A stretch of 64,000 nucleotides of DNA, taken from the human T2T-CHM13v2.0 reference genome, Homo sapiens. The notes beneath the pieces were generated by a model. That model made no database searches and was not told the origin of the DNA. It saw only the letters and a list, made by a program, of their open reading frames with translations. The translations under genes and the position numbers were made by a program. The stretch is taken from NCBI RefSeq assembly GCF_009914755.1, contig NC_060933.1; one strand, 5' to 3'. Below, in pieces: positions 13,711 through 27,494 of this stretch; the stretch's first letter is position 1; the number at the start of each line of letters is the position of its first letter.

Positions 13711-16700
13711 CCATTCCATTCCATTCCATTCCATTCCATTCCATTCCATGCCATTCCACTCGGGTTGATTCCATTCCTTTCCATTCCATTCCTCTCCATT
13801 CCATTGCACTCGGGTTGATTCCATTCCATTGCATTCCATTCCATTCCATTCAATTCCATTCCATTCCATTCCATTCAGTTCCATTGCTTTCCATTACATT
13901 CGGATTGATTCTATTCAATTCCCTTACACTCCATTACATTCCATTCCATTCGGGTAGTTTCCACTCCATTCCATTCCATTCCTCTCCATTCCATTGCACT
14001 CGGGTTGATTCCATTCCATTGCATTCCATTCCATTCCATTCAATTCCATTCCGTTCCATTCCATTCCATTACATTCGGATTGATTCTATTCAACTCCCTT
14101 ACACTCCATTACATTCGATTCCATTCGGGTTGTTCCATTCCATTCCATTCCACTCCATTCCATTGCACTCGGGTTGATTCCATTCCATTCCATTCCATTC
14201 CATTCCGGAAGATTCCGTTCCATTGCATTCCATTACATTCCATTCCCCTGCACTCGCGTTGATTCCATTCCATTCCATTCCGTTCCATTCCATTCCATTC
14301 CGTTCCATTCCATTCCGTTCCTTTCCATTCCATTCCATTCCATTCTATTCGGGTTAATTCCATTCCATTCCATTCTATTGCAATCGTGTTTATTCCATTC
14401 CATTCCATTCCATTGCATTCCATTCCATTCGATTCCATTCGATTGCACTCGGGTTGATTCCATTCCATTGCATTCCATTCCATTCAATTCCATTCCATTC
14501 CATTCCATTCCGTTCCATTCCATTCCATTACATTCGGATTGATTCTATTCAATTCCCTTACACTCCATTACATTCCATTCCATTCGGGTAGTTTCCACTC
14601 CATTCCATTCCAATCCACTCCATTCCATTGCACTCGGGTTGATTCCATTCCATTGCATTCCATTCCGTTCCATTCAATTCCATTCCGTTCCATTCCATTC
14701 TATTACATTCGGATTGATTCTATTCAACTCCCTTATTCTCCGTTACATTCCATTCCATTCGGGTTGTTCCATTCCATTCCATTCCATTCCACTCCATTCC
14801 ATTGCACTCGGGTTTATTCCATTCCATTCCATTCCATTCCATTACGGAAGATTCCATTCCATTGCATTCCATTCCATTCCATTCCCCTGCACTCGCGTTG
14901 ATTCCATTGCTTTCCATTCCATTCCATTCCGTTCCATTCCATTCCTTTCCGTTCCATTCCATTCCATTCCATTCCATTCCTTTCCGTTCCGTTCCGTTCC
15001 ATTCCATTCCATTCCATTCCATTCTATTCGGGTTAATTCCATTCCATTCCATTCCATTCCATTCCATTCCATTCCATTCCAATCGAGTTGATTCCGTTCC
15101 ATTCCATTCCATTCCATTCCACTCCATTCCAGTCCTTTCCATTCCATTCCACTCGGGTTGATTCCAATGTATTCCTTTCCATTCCATTCCATTCCATTGC
15201 AATCGAGTTGATTCCATTGCTTTGCATTCCATTCCATTCCTTTCCATTCCGGATGATTCCATTCCATTGCATTCCATTCCATTCCATTCCCCTGCACTCG
15301 GGTTGATTCCATTCCATTGCACTCCATTCCGTTCCATTCCATTCCATTCGATTGTATTCGGGTTAATTCCATTCCATTCCATTCCATTCCATCACAATCG
15401 AGTTGGTTCCATTCCATTCAATTCCATTCCATTCCATTCCATTCCATTCCATTCCGGATGATTCCATTCCATTACATTCCGTTCCATTACATTCCCCTGC
15501 ACTCGGGTTGATTCCATTCCATTCCAATCCATTCCATTCGATTCCATTCCATTCCAATTCTTTCAATTCCATTCTATTCCGTACCATTCCCTTCCATTCC
15601 ATACCATTCCATTCCATTCCATTCCATTCCATTCCGTTCCGTTCCGTTCCGTTCCATTCCATTCCATTTTATTCGGGTTAATTCCATTCCATTCCATTCC
15701 ATTCCATTCTATTCCATTCCATTGCAATCGAGTTGAATCCATTGCATTCAATTCCATTCCATTCCATTCCATTGCAATCGAGTTGAATCCATTGCATTCC
15801 ATTCCATTCCATTCCGGAAGATTCCATTCCATTGCATTCCATTCCATTCCATTCCCCTGCACTCGCGTTGATTCCATTCCATTCCATTCCATTCCATTCC
15901 ATTCCATTCCGTTCCGTTCCGTTCCGTTCCATTCCATTCCATTCCATTCCGTTCTGTTCCATTCCATTCCATTCCATTCTATTCGGATTAATTCCATTCC
16001 ATTCCATTCGATTGCAATCGTGTTGATTCCATTCCATTCCATTCCATTATATTCTATTCCCCTGTACTCGTGTTGATTCCATTCTTTCCATTCCATTCAA
16101 GTTGAATCCATTCCATTGTATTCCATTCCATTCGATTCCATTCGATTGCACTCGGGTTGATTCCATTCCATTGCATTCCATTCCATTCCATTCCATTCCA
16201 TTCCATTCCATTCCGTTCCATTCCATTCCATTACATTCGGATTCATTCTATTCAATTCCCTTACACTCCATTACATTCCATTCCATTCGGGTAGTTTCCA
16301 TTCCATTCCATTCCATTCCTCTCCATTCCATTGCACTCGGGTTGATTCCATTCCATTGCGTTCCATTCCATTCCATTCAATTCCATTCCGTTCCATTCCA
16401 TTCCATTACATTCGGATTGACTCTGTTCAACTCCCTTACTCTCCATTACATTACATTCCATTCGGGTTGTTCCATTCCATTCCATTCCATTCCACTCCAT
16501 TCCATTGCACTCGGGTTTATTCCATTCCATTCCATTCCATTCCATTCCATTCCATTCCGGAAGATTCCATTCCATTGCATTCCATTCCATTCCATTCCCC
16601 TGCACTCGCGTTGATTCCATTCCATTCCATTCCATTCCATTCCATTCCATTCCATTCCATTCCATTCCATTCCTTTCCGTTCCATTCCATTCCTTTCCAT

Positions 16701-18989
16701 TCCATTCCATTCCGTTCCGTTCCGTTCCGTTCCGTTCCATTCCATTCCATTCCATTCCATTCTATTCGGGTTAATTCCATTCCATTCCATTCGATTGCAA
16801 TCGAGTTGATTCCATTCCATTCCATTCCATTCCATTCCATTCTATTCCATTCCATTCCTTTCCATTCCATTACGGATGATTCCATTCCATTGAATTCCAT
16901 TCCATTCCATTCCCCTGTACTCGGGTTGATTCCATTCCATTCCATTCCAATCCATGCCATTCCACTCGTGTTGATTCCATTCTTTCCATTCCATTCAAGT
17001 TGATTCCATTCCATTCCATTCCATTCCATTCCATTCCATTCCGTTCCGTTCCGTTCCGTTCCATTCCATTCCATTCTATTCGGGTTAATTCCATTCCATT
17101 CCATTCCATTCCATTCCATTCCAATCGAGTTGATTCCATTCCATTCCATTCCATTCCATTATATTGTATTCGGGTTAATTCCATTCCATTCAGTTCCATT
17201 CCATTCCATTCCATTACAATCGAGTTGATTCCATTCCATTCCATTCCATTCCATTCCATTCCATTCCGTTCCGTTCCGTTCCATTCCATTCCATTCCATT
17301 CCGTTCCGTTCCATTCCATTCCATTCCATTCTATTCGGGTTAATTCCATTCCATTCCATTCGATTGCAATCGTGTTGATTCCATTCCATTCCATTCCATT
17401 CCTTTCCATTCCATTACGGATGATTCCATTCCATTGCTTTCCATTCCATTCCATTCCCCTGTACTCGAGTTGATTCCATTCCATTGCATTCCAATCCATG
17501 CCCTTCCACTCGTGTTGATTCCATTCTTTCCATTCCATTCAAGTTGAATCCATTCCTCTGCATTCCATTCCATTCGATTCCATTCGATTGCCCTCGGGTT
17601 GATTCCATTCCATTGCATTCCAATCCATTCCATTCCATTGCATTCCATTCCATTCCGTTCCATTCCATTCCATTACATTCGGATTGATTCTATTCAATTC
17701 CCTTACACTGCATTACATTCCATTCCATTCGGGTAGTTTCCATTCCCTTCCATTCCATTCCTCTCCATTCCATTGCACTCGGGTTGACTCCATTCCATTG
17801 CATTCCATTCCATTCCATTCAATTCCATTCCGTTGCATTCCATTCCAATACATTCGGATTGATTCTATTCAACTCCCTTACACTCCCTTACATTCCATTC
17901 CATTCGGGTTGTTCCATTCCATTCCATTCCATTCCACTCCATTCCATTGCACTCAGGTTGATTCCATTCCATTCCATTCCATTCCATTCCATTCCATTCC
18001 GGAAGATTCCATTCCATTGCATTCCATTCCATTCCATTCCCCTGCACTCGCGTTGATTCCATTCCATTCCATTCCAATACATGCCATTCCACTCGTGTTG
18101 ATTCCATTCTTTCCATTCCATTCAAGTTGAATCCATTCCATTGCATTCCATTCCATTCCATTCCCCTGCAGTCGGGTTGATTCCATTCCATTGCATTCCA
18201 TTCCATTCCATTCCATTCCATTGCATTCCATTCCATTCCATTCCGTTCCGTTCCATTCCATTCCATTCCTTTCTATTCGGGTTAATTCCATTCCATTCCA
18301 TTCCATTCCATTCCATTCCATTCCAATCAAGTTGATTCCTTTCCATTCCATTCCATTCCATTCCACTCCATTCCAGTCCTTTCCATTCCATTCCACTCGG
18401 GTTGATTCCAATGTATTCCTTTCCATTCCTTTCCATTCTATTGCAATCGAGTTGATTCCATTGCTTTGCTTTCCATTCCATTCCATTCCATTCCGGATGA
18501 TTCCATTCCATTGCATTCCATTCCATTCCATTCCCCTGCACTCGGGTTTATTCCATTCCATTCCACTATATTCCATTCCATTCCATTCCATTCCATTGCA
18601 TTCGGGTTAATTCCATTCCATTCCTTTCCATTCCATTCCATTCCGTTACAATCGAGTTGATTCCATTCCATTCCATTCCATTCCAGTCCTTTCCATTCCA
18701 TTCCACTCGGGTTGATTCCATTCTATTAGTTTCCATTCCATTCCATTCCCTTCCATTCCACTCTGGTTGATTCCATTCCTTTCCATTCCACTCGAATACA
18801 TTCCCTCCTATTCCACTCGGAACGATTCCTTTCTATTCCATTCCATTCCATTCCATTCCATTCCATTCCCCTGTACTCGGGTTGATTCCATTCCATTCCA
18901 TTCCACTCCATTCGTTTCCGTTGCATTCCATTGTATTGCATTCCATTCTATTCGGGTTAATTCCATTCCATTCTATTCCATTCCATTCC

Positions 18990-21900
18990 ATTCCATTCCA
19001 TTGCAATGGAGTTGATTCCATTCCATTCCATTCCATTCCGGATGATTCCATTCCATTGCATTCCATTCCATTCCATTCCCCTGCACTCGTGTTGATTCCA
19101 TTCCCTTCCATTCCATTCCATTCCGTTCCATTCCATTCCATTCCATTCTATTCCGGTTAATTCCATTCCATTCCATTCCATTCCATTCCATTCCATTGCA
19201 ATCGAGTTGATTCCATTCCATTCCTTTCCATTCCATTCCATTGCCTTGCATTCCACTCGGGTTGATTCCATTCCCTTCTTTCCACTCCATTACATTCCCT
19301 TCCATGATTGATTCCATTCCATTCCATTCCATTTCATTCCATTGCAATCCATTCCAATCCATTCCATTCCATTCCATTCCACTCGAGTTGACTTCATTCC
19401 ATTCCTTTCCATTCCATTCCATTCCTTTCCACTCGAGTTAATTCCATTCCATTCCAATCCATTGGATTCCATTCCATGCCATTCCACTCGGGTTGATTCC
19501 ATTCCTTTGCATTCCATTCCATTCCATTCCATTCCATTCCATTCCATTCCGTTGCTTTCCATTCCATTACATTCGGATTGATTCTATTCAACTCCCTTAC
19601 TCTCCATTACATTCCATTCCATTCGGGTTGTTCCATTCCATTCCATTCCATTCCATTCCACTCCATTCCATTGCACTCGGGTTGATTCCATTCCATTCCA
19701 TTCCATTCCATTCCATTCCATTCCGGATGATTCCATTCCATTGCATTCCGTTCCATTACATTCCCCTGCACTCGCGTTGATTCCATTCCATTCCATTCCA
19801 CTCCATTCAATTCCATTCCATTAAAATTCGTTCCATTCCATTCTATTCCGTACCATTCCATTCCATTCCATACCATTCCATTCCATTCCATTCCATTCCA
19901 TTCCATTCCGTTGCATTCCGTTCCATTCCATTCCATTCCATTCCATTCTATTCGGGTTAATCCCATTCCATTCCATTCTCTTCCATTCCATTGCAATCTT
20001 GTTGAATCCGTTGCATTTCATTCCATTCCATTCCATTCCATTCCATTCCGGAAGATTCCATTCCATTGCATTCCATTCCATGCCATTCCCCTGCACTCGC
20101 GTTGATTCCATTCCATTCCATTCCATTCCATTCCATTCCGTTCCGTTCCGTTCCATTCCATTCCATTCCATTCCGTTCCATTCCATTCCATTCCATTCCA
20201 TTCCATTCTATTCGGGTTAATTCCATTCCATTCCATTCGATTGCAATCGTGTTGATTCCATTCCATTCCAATCCATTCCATTCCATTCCATTCCATTCCA
20301 TTCCATTTCATTCCTTTCCATTCCATTACGGATGATTCCATTCCATTGCTTTCCATTCCATTCCATTCCCCTGTACTCGAGTTGATTCCATTCCATTGCA
20401 TTCCAATCCATGCCCTTCCACTCGTGTTGATTCCATTCTTTCCATTCCATTCAAGTTGAATCCATTCCATTGCATTCCATTCCATTCGATTCCATTCGAT
20501 TGCACTCTGGTTGATTCCATTCAATTGCATTCCATTCCATTCCATTCCATTCCATTCCATTCCATTCCATTCCGTTCCATTCCATTCCATTATATTCGGA
20601 TTGATTCTATTCAATTCCCTTACACTCCATTACATTCCATTCCATTCGGGTAGTTTCCATTCCATTCCATTCCATTCCTCTCCATTCCATTGCACTCGGG
20701 TTGATTCCATTCCATTGCATTCCATTCCATTCCATTCAATTGCATTCCGTTGCATTCCATTCCATTACATTCGGATTGACTCTATTCAACTCCCTTACTC
20801 TCCATTACATTCCATTCCATTCGGGTTGTTCCATTCCATTCCATTCCATTCCACTCCATTCCATTGCACTCGGGTTTATTCCATTCCATTCCATTCCATT
20901 CCATTGCAATGGAGTTGATTCCATTCCATTCCATTCCATTCCGGATGATTCCATTCCATTGCATTCCATTCCATTCCATTCCCCTGCACTCGTGTTGATT
21001 CCATTCCCTTCCATTCCATTCCATTCCGTTCCATTCCATTCCATTCCATTCTATTCCGGTTAATTCCATTCCATTCCATTCCATTCCATTCCATTCCATT
21101 GCAATCGAGTTGATTCCATTCCATTCCTTTCCATTCCATTCCATTGCCTTGCATTCCTCTCGGGTTGATTCCATTCCCTTCTTTCCACTCCATTACATTC
21201 CCTTCCATGATTGATTCCATTCCATTCCATTCCATTTCATTCCATTGCAATCCATTCCATGCCATTCCATTCCATTCCATTCCACTCGAGTTGACTTCAT
21301 TCCATTCCTTTCCATTCCATTCCATTCCTTTCCACTCGAGTTGATTCCATTCCATTCCAATCCATTGGATTCCATTCCATGCCATTCCACTCGGGTTGAT
21401 TCCATTCCTTTGCATTCCATTCCATTCCATTCCATTCCATTCCATTCCATTCCATTCCATTCCGTTGCATTCCATTCCATTACATTCGGATTGATTCTAT
21501 TCAACTCCCTTACTCTCCATTACATTCCATTCCATTCGGGTTGTTCCATTCCATTCCATTCCATTCCATTCCACTCCATTCCATTGCACTCGGGTTGATT
21601 CCATTCCATTCCATTCCATTCCATTCCATTCCATTCCGGATGATTCCATTCCATTGCATTCCGTTCCATTACATTCCCCTGCACTCGCGTTGATTCCATT
21701 CCATTCCATTCCACTCCATTCAATTCCATTCCATTACAATTCGTTCCTTTCCATTCTATTCCGTACCATTCCATTCCATTCCATACCATTCCATTCCATT
21801 CCATTCCATTCCATTCCATTCCATTCCACTCCCTTGCTTTCCGTTCCATTCCATTCCATTCCATTCCATTCTATTCGGGTTAATCCCATTCCATTCCATT

Positions 21901-22200
21901 CTATTCCATTCCATTGCAATCGTGTTGAATCCGTTGCATTTCATTCCATTCCATTCCATTCCATTCCATTCCGGAAGATTCCATTCCATTGCATTCCGTT
22001 CCATGCCATTCCCCTGCACTCGCGTTGATTCCATTCCATTCCATTCCATTCCATTCCATTCCATTCCATTCCGTTCCGTTCCGTTCCATTCCATTCCATT
22101 CCATTCCGTTCCGTTCCATTCCATTCCATTCCATTCCATTCCATTCTATTCGGGTTAATTCCATTCCATTCCATTCGATTGCAATCGTGTTGATTCCATT
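18990..22200. repeat. Direct repeat with ~1.9-kb period (~18990-20260 vs ~20895-22200)
   Basis: Shared rare variants CCTTCCATGATTG (19298/21201), CCAATCCATTGGATTCC (19454/21357), GGGTTAATCCC (19954/21877) and GAATCCGTTGCATTTC. ORF-track offsets are 1903-1923. Confidence 0.85.
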
Positions 22201-25200
22201 CCATTCCATTCCATTCCATTCCATTCCGTTCCGTTCCGTTCCATTCCATTCCATTCCATTCTATTCCATTCCATTCCATTCTATTCCATTCCATTGCAAT
22301 CGAGTTGAATCCATTGCATTTCATTCCATTCCATTCCATTCCATTCCATTCCGGAAGATTTCATTCCGTTGCATTCCATTCCATTCCATTCCCCTGCACT
22401 CGCGTTGATTCCATTCCATTCCATTCCATTCCATTCCATTCCATTCCGTTCCGTTCCATTCCATTCCATTCCATTCCATTCCATTCCGTTCCGTTCCATT
22501 CCATTCCATTCCATTCTATTCGGGTTAATTCCATTCCATTCCATTCGACTGCAATCGAGTTGATTCCATTCCATTCCATTCCATTCCATTCCATTCCATT
22601 CCATTCCGTTCCGTTCCATTCCATTCCATTCCATTCCATTCCGTTCCATTCCGTTCCGTTCCATTCCATTCCATTCCATTCTATTCGGGTTAATTCCATT
22701 TCATTGCATTCGATTGCAATCGAGTTGAGACCATTCCATTCCATTCCATTCCATTCCATTCCATTCCATTCCATTCCTTTCCATTCCATTACGGATGATT
22801 CCATTCCATTGCATTCCATTCCATTAAATTCCCCTGTACTCGGGTTGATTCCATTCCATTCCATTCCAAGCCATGCCATTCCACTCGTGTTGATTCCATT
22901 CTTTCCATTCCATTCAAGTTGAATCCATTCCATTGCATTCCATTCCATTGGATTCCATTCGATTGCACTCGGGTTGATTCCATTCCACTGCATTCCATTC
23001 CATTCCATTCCATTCCATTCCATTCCATTCCGTTCCATTCCATTCCATTACATTCGGATTGATTCTATTCAATTCCCTTACACTCCGTTACATTCCATTC
23101 CATTCCGGTAGTTTCCATTCCATTCCATTCCATTCCTCTCCATTCCATTGCACTCGGGTTGATTCCATTCCATTGCATTCCATTCCATTCCATTCAATTC
23201 CATTCCGTTCCATTCCATTCCATTACATTCGGATTGATTCTATTCAACTCCCTTACTCTCCATTACGTTCCATTCCATTCGGGTTGTTCCATTCCATTCC
23301 ATTCCATTCCTCTCCATTCCATTGCACTCGTGTTGATTCCATTCCATTCCATTCCATTCCATTCCATTCCATTCCATTCCGGAAGATTCCATTCCATTGC
23401 ATTCCATTCCATTCCATTCCCCTGCACTCGCGTTGATTCCATTCCATTCCATTCTATTCCATTCCATTCCTTTCCTTTCCGTTCCATTCCATTCCATTCC
23501 ATTCCATTCCATTCCATTCCGTTCCGTTCCATTCCATTCCATTCCATTCTATTCGGGTTAATTCCATTCCATTCCATTCGATTGCAATCGAGTTGATTCC
23601 ATTCCATTCCATTCCATTCCATTACATTCCATTCCATTCCTTTCCATTCCATTACGGATGATTCCATTCCATTGCATTCCATTCCATTCCATTCCCCTAT
23701 ACTCGGGTTGATTCCATTCCATTCCATTCCAATCCATGCCATTCCACTCGTGTTGATTCCATTCTTTCCATTCAATTCAAGTTGAATCCATTCCATTGCA
23801 TTCCATTCCATTCGATTCCATTCGATTGCACTCGGGTTGATTCCATTCCATTGCATTCCATTCCATTCCATTCCATTCCATTCCATTCCGTTCCATTCCA
23901 TTTCATTACATTCAGATTGATTCTATTCAATTCCCTTACACTCCATTATATTACAATCCATTCTGGTTGTCTCCATTCCATTCCATTCCATTTCACTCCA
24001 TTCCATTGCACTCGGGTTGATTCCATTCCATTCCATTCCATTGCATTCCATTCCATTCCATTCCGGATGATTCCATTCCATTGCATTCCATTCCATTCCA
24101 TTCCCCTGCACTCGGGTTGATTCCATTCCATTCCATTCCATTACATTCCGTTCCATTCCATTCCATTCCATTCGGATTGATTCTATTCAATTCCCTTACA
24201 CTCCATTACATTCCATTCCATTCGGGTAGTTTCCATTCCATTCCATTCCATTCCTCTCCATTCCATTGCACTCGGGTTGAATCCATTCCGTTCCATTCCA
24301 TTCCATTCCATTACATTACATTACATTCCATTCCGTTCCATTGTACTCGGGTTGATTCCATTCCATTGCATTCCATTCCATTCCATTCCATTCCATTCCA
24401 TTCCGTTCCATTCCATTACATTCGGATTGATTCTATTCAACTCCCTTACTCTCCATTACATTCCATTCCATTCGGGTTGTTCCATTCCATTCCATTCCAT
24501 TCCACTCCATTCCATTGCGCTCGGGTTGATTCCATTCCATTCCATTCCATTCCATTCCATTCCATTCCATTCCATTCCATTCCGGATGATTCCATTCCAT
24601 TGCATTCCGTTCCATTACATTCCCCTGCACTCGGGTTGATTCCATTCCATTCCATTCCATTCCATTCCATTCCATTCCATTCCATTCCGGAAGATTCCAT
24701 TCCATTGCATTCCATTCCATTCCATTCCATTCCATTCCATTCCATTCCATTCCATTCCATTCCATTGTACTCGGGTTGATTCCATTCCATTGCATTCCAT
24801 TCCATTCCATTCCATTCCATTCCATTCCGTTCCATTCCATTCCATTACATTCGGATTGATTCTTTTCAACTCCCTTACTCTCCATTACATTCCATTCCAT
24901 TCGGGTTGTTCCATTCCATTCCTTTCCATTCCACTCCATTCCATTGCACTCGGGTTGATTCCATTCCATTCCATTCCATTCCATTCCGGATGATTCCATT
25001 CCATTGCATTCCGTTCCATTACGTTCCCCTGCACTCGGGTTGATTCCATTCCATTCGTTTCCATTCCATTCGATTCCATTCCATTCCCCTGCACTCGCGT
25101 TGATTCCATTCCATTCCATTCCGTTCCAATCCATTCCATTCCATTCCTTTCCGTTCCATTCCATTCCATTCCATTCAATTCCTTTCCGCTCCATTCCATT

Positions 25201-27494
25201 CCATTCCATTCTATTCGGGTTAATTCCATTCCATTCCATTCGATTGCAATCGAGTTGATTCCATTCCATTCCATTCCATTCCATTCCATTCCATTCCAGT
25301 CCTTTCCATTCCTTTCCATTCCATTACTGATGATTCCATTCCATTGCATTCCATTCCATTCCATTCCCCTGTACTCGGGTTGATTCCATTCCATTCCATT
25401 CCAATCCATTCCATTCCACTCGTGTTGATTCCATTCTTTCCTTTCCATTCAAGTTGAATCCATTCCATTGCATTCCATTCCATTCGATTCCATTCGATTG
25501 CACTCGGGTTGATTCCATTCCATTGCATTCCATTCCATTCCATTCCATTCCATTCCATTCCCTTCCATTCCACTCTGGTTGATTCCATTCCTTTCCATTC
25601 CACTCGAATACATTCCCTCCTATTCCACTCGGAACGATTCCATTCCATTCCATTCCATTCCATTCCATTCCATTCCATTCCATTCCATTTCGTTCCATTC
25701 CATTCTATTCCGTATCATTCCATTCCATTCCATTCCATTCCATTCCATTCCATTCCATTCCATTCCATTCCATTGTACTCGGGTTGATTCCATTCCATTG
25801 CATTCCATTCCATTCCATTCCGTTGCATTCCATTCCATTACATTCGGATTGATTCTATTCAACTCCCTTACTCTCCATTACATTCCATTCCATTCGGGTT
25901 GTTCCATTCCATTCCATTCCATTCCACTCCATTCCATTGCACTCGGGTTGATTCCATTCCATTCCATTCCATTCCATTCCGGATGATTCCATTCCATTGC
26001 ATTCCGTTCCATTACATTCCCTTGCACTCGCGTTGATTCCATTCCATTCCATTCCATTCCATTCAATTCCATTCCATTACAATTCGTTCCATTCCATTCT
26101 ATTCCGTACCATTCCATTCCATTCCATACCATTCCATTCCATTCCATTCCATTCCATTCCGTTCCATTCCATTCCATTCCATTCCATTCCATTCTATTCG
26201 GATTAATTCCATTCCATTCCATTCCATTCCATTCTATTCCATTCCATTGCAATCGAGTTGAATCCATTGCATTTCTTTCCATTCCATTCCATTCCATTCC
26301 ATTCCGGAAGATTCCATTCCATTGCATTCCATTCCATTCCATTCCCCTGCACTCGCGTTGATTCCATTCCATTCCATTCCATTCCATTCCGTTCCATTCC
26401 TTTCCATTCCATTCCATTCCGTTCCGTTCCATTCCATTCCATTCCATTCTATTCGGGTTAATTCCATTCCATTCCATTCGATTGCAATCGAGTTGATTCC
26501 ATTCCATTCCATTCCATTCCATTCCATTCCATTCCTTTCCATTCCATTACGGATGATTCCATTCCATTGCATTCCATTCCATTCCATTCCCCTGTACTCG
26601 GGTTGATTCCAATCCATTCCATTCCAATCCATGCCGTTCCACTCGTGTTGATTCCATTCTTTCCATTCCATTCAAGTTGAATCCATTCCATTGCATTCCA
26701 TTCCATTCCATTCCCCTGCAGTCGGGTTGTTTCCATTGCATTCCATTCCATTCCATTCCATTCAATTCCATTCCATTCCGTTCCGTTCCATTCCATTCCA
26801 TTCCATTCTATTCGGGTTAATTCCATTCCATTCCATTCCATTCCATTCCATTCCATTCCATTCCAATCGAGTTGATTCCATTCCATTCCATTCCATTCCA
26901 TTCCACTCCATTCCAGTCCTTTCCATTCCATTGCACTCGGGTTGATTCCAATGTATTCCTTTCCATTCCATTCCATTCCATTGCAATCGAGTTGATTCCA
27001 TTGCTTTGCATTCCATTCCATTCCATTCCATTCCGGATGATTCCATTCCATTGCATTCCATTCCATTCCATTCCCCTGCACTCGGGTTGATTCCATTCCA
27101 TTCCATTCCATTCCATTCCATTCCATTCCATTCCATTCCATTCCATTACAATCGAGTTGATTCCATTCCATTCCATTCCATTCCAGTCCTTTCCATTCCA
27201 TTCCACTCGGGTTGATTCCATTCTATTAGTTTCCATTCCATTCCATTCCCTTCCATTCCACTCTGGTTGATTCCATTCCTTTCCATTCCACTCGAATACA
27301 TTCCCTCCTATTCCACTCGGAACGATTCCATTCCATTCCATTCCATTCCATTCCATTCCATTCCATTCCATTCCATTTCGTTCCATTCCATTCTATTCCG
27401 TATCATTCCATTCCATTCCATTCCATTCCATTCCATTCCATTGTACTCGGGTTGATTCAATTCCATTGCATTCCATTCCATTCCATTCCATTCC

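Noticed and set aside
18721-18830. More complex module TTCTATTAGTTTCC...CTCGAATACATTCCCTCCTATTCCACTCGGAACG as a possible insertion
   Set aside because: It recurs about 14 times (e.g. 27221, 29761, 40891, 55688, and inverted at ~1580-1690) and is recognisably diverged pentamer, so it is part of the satellite.
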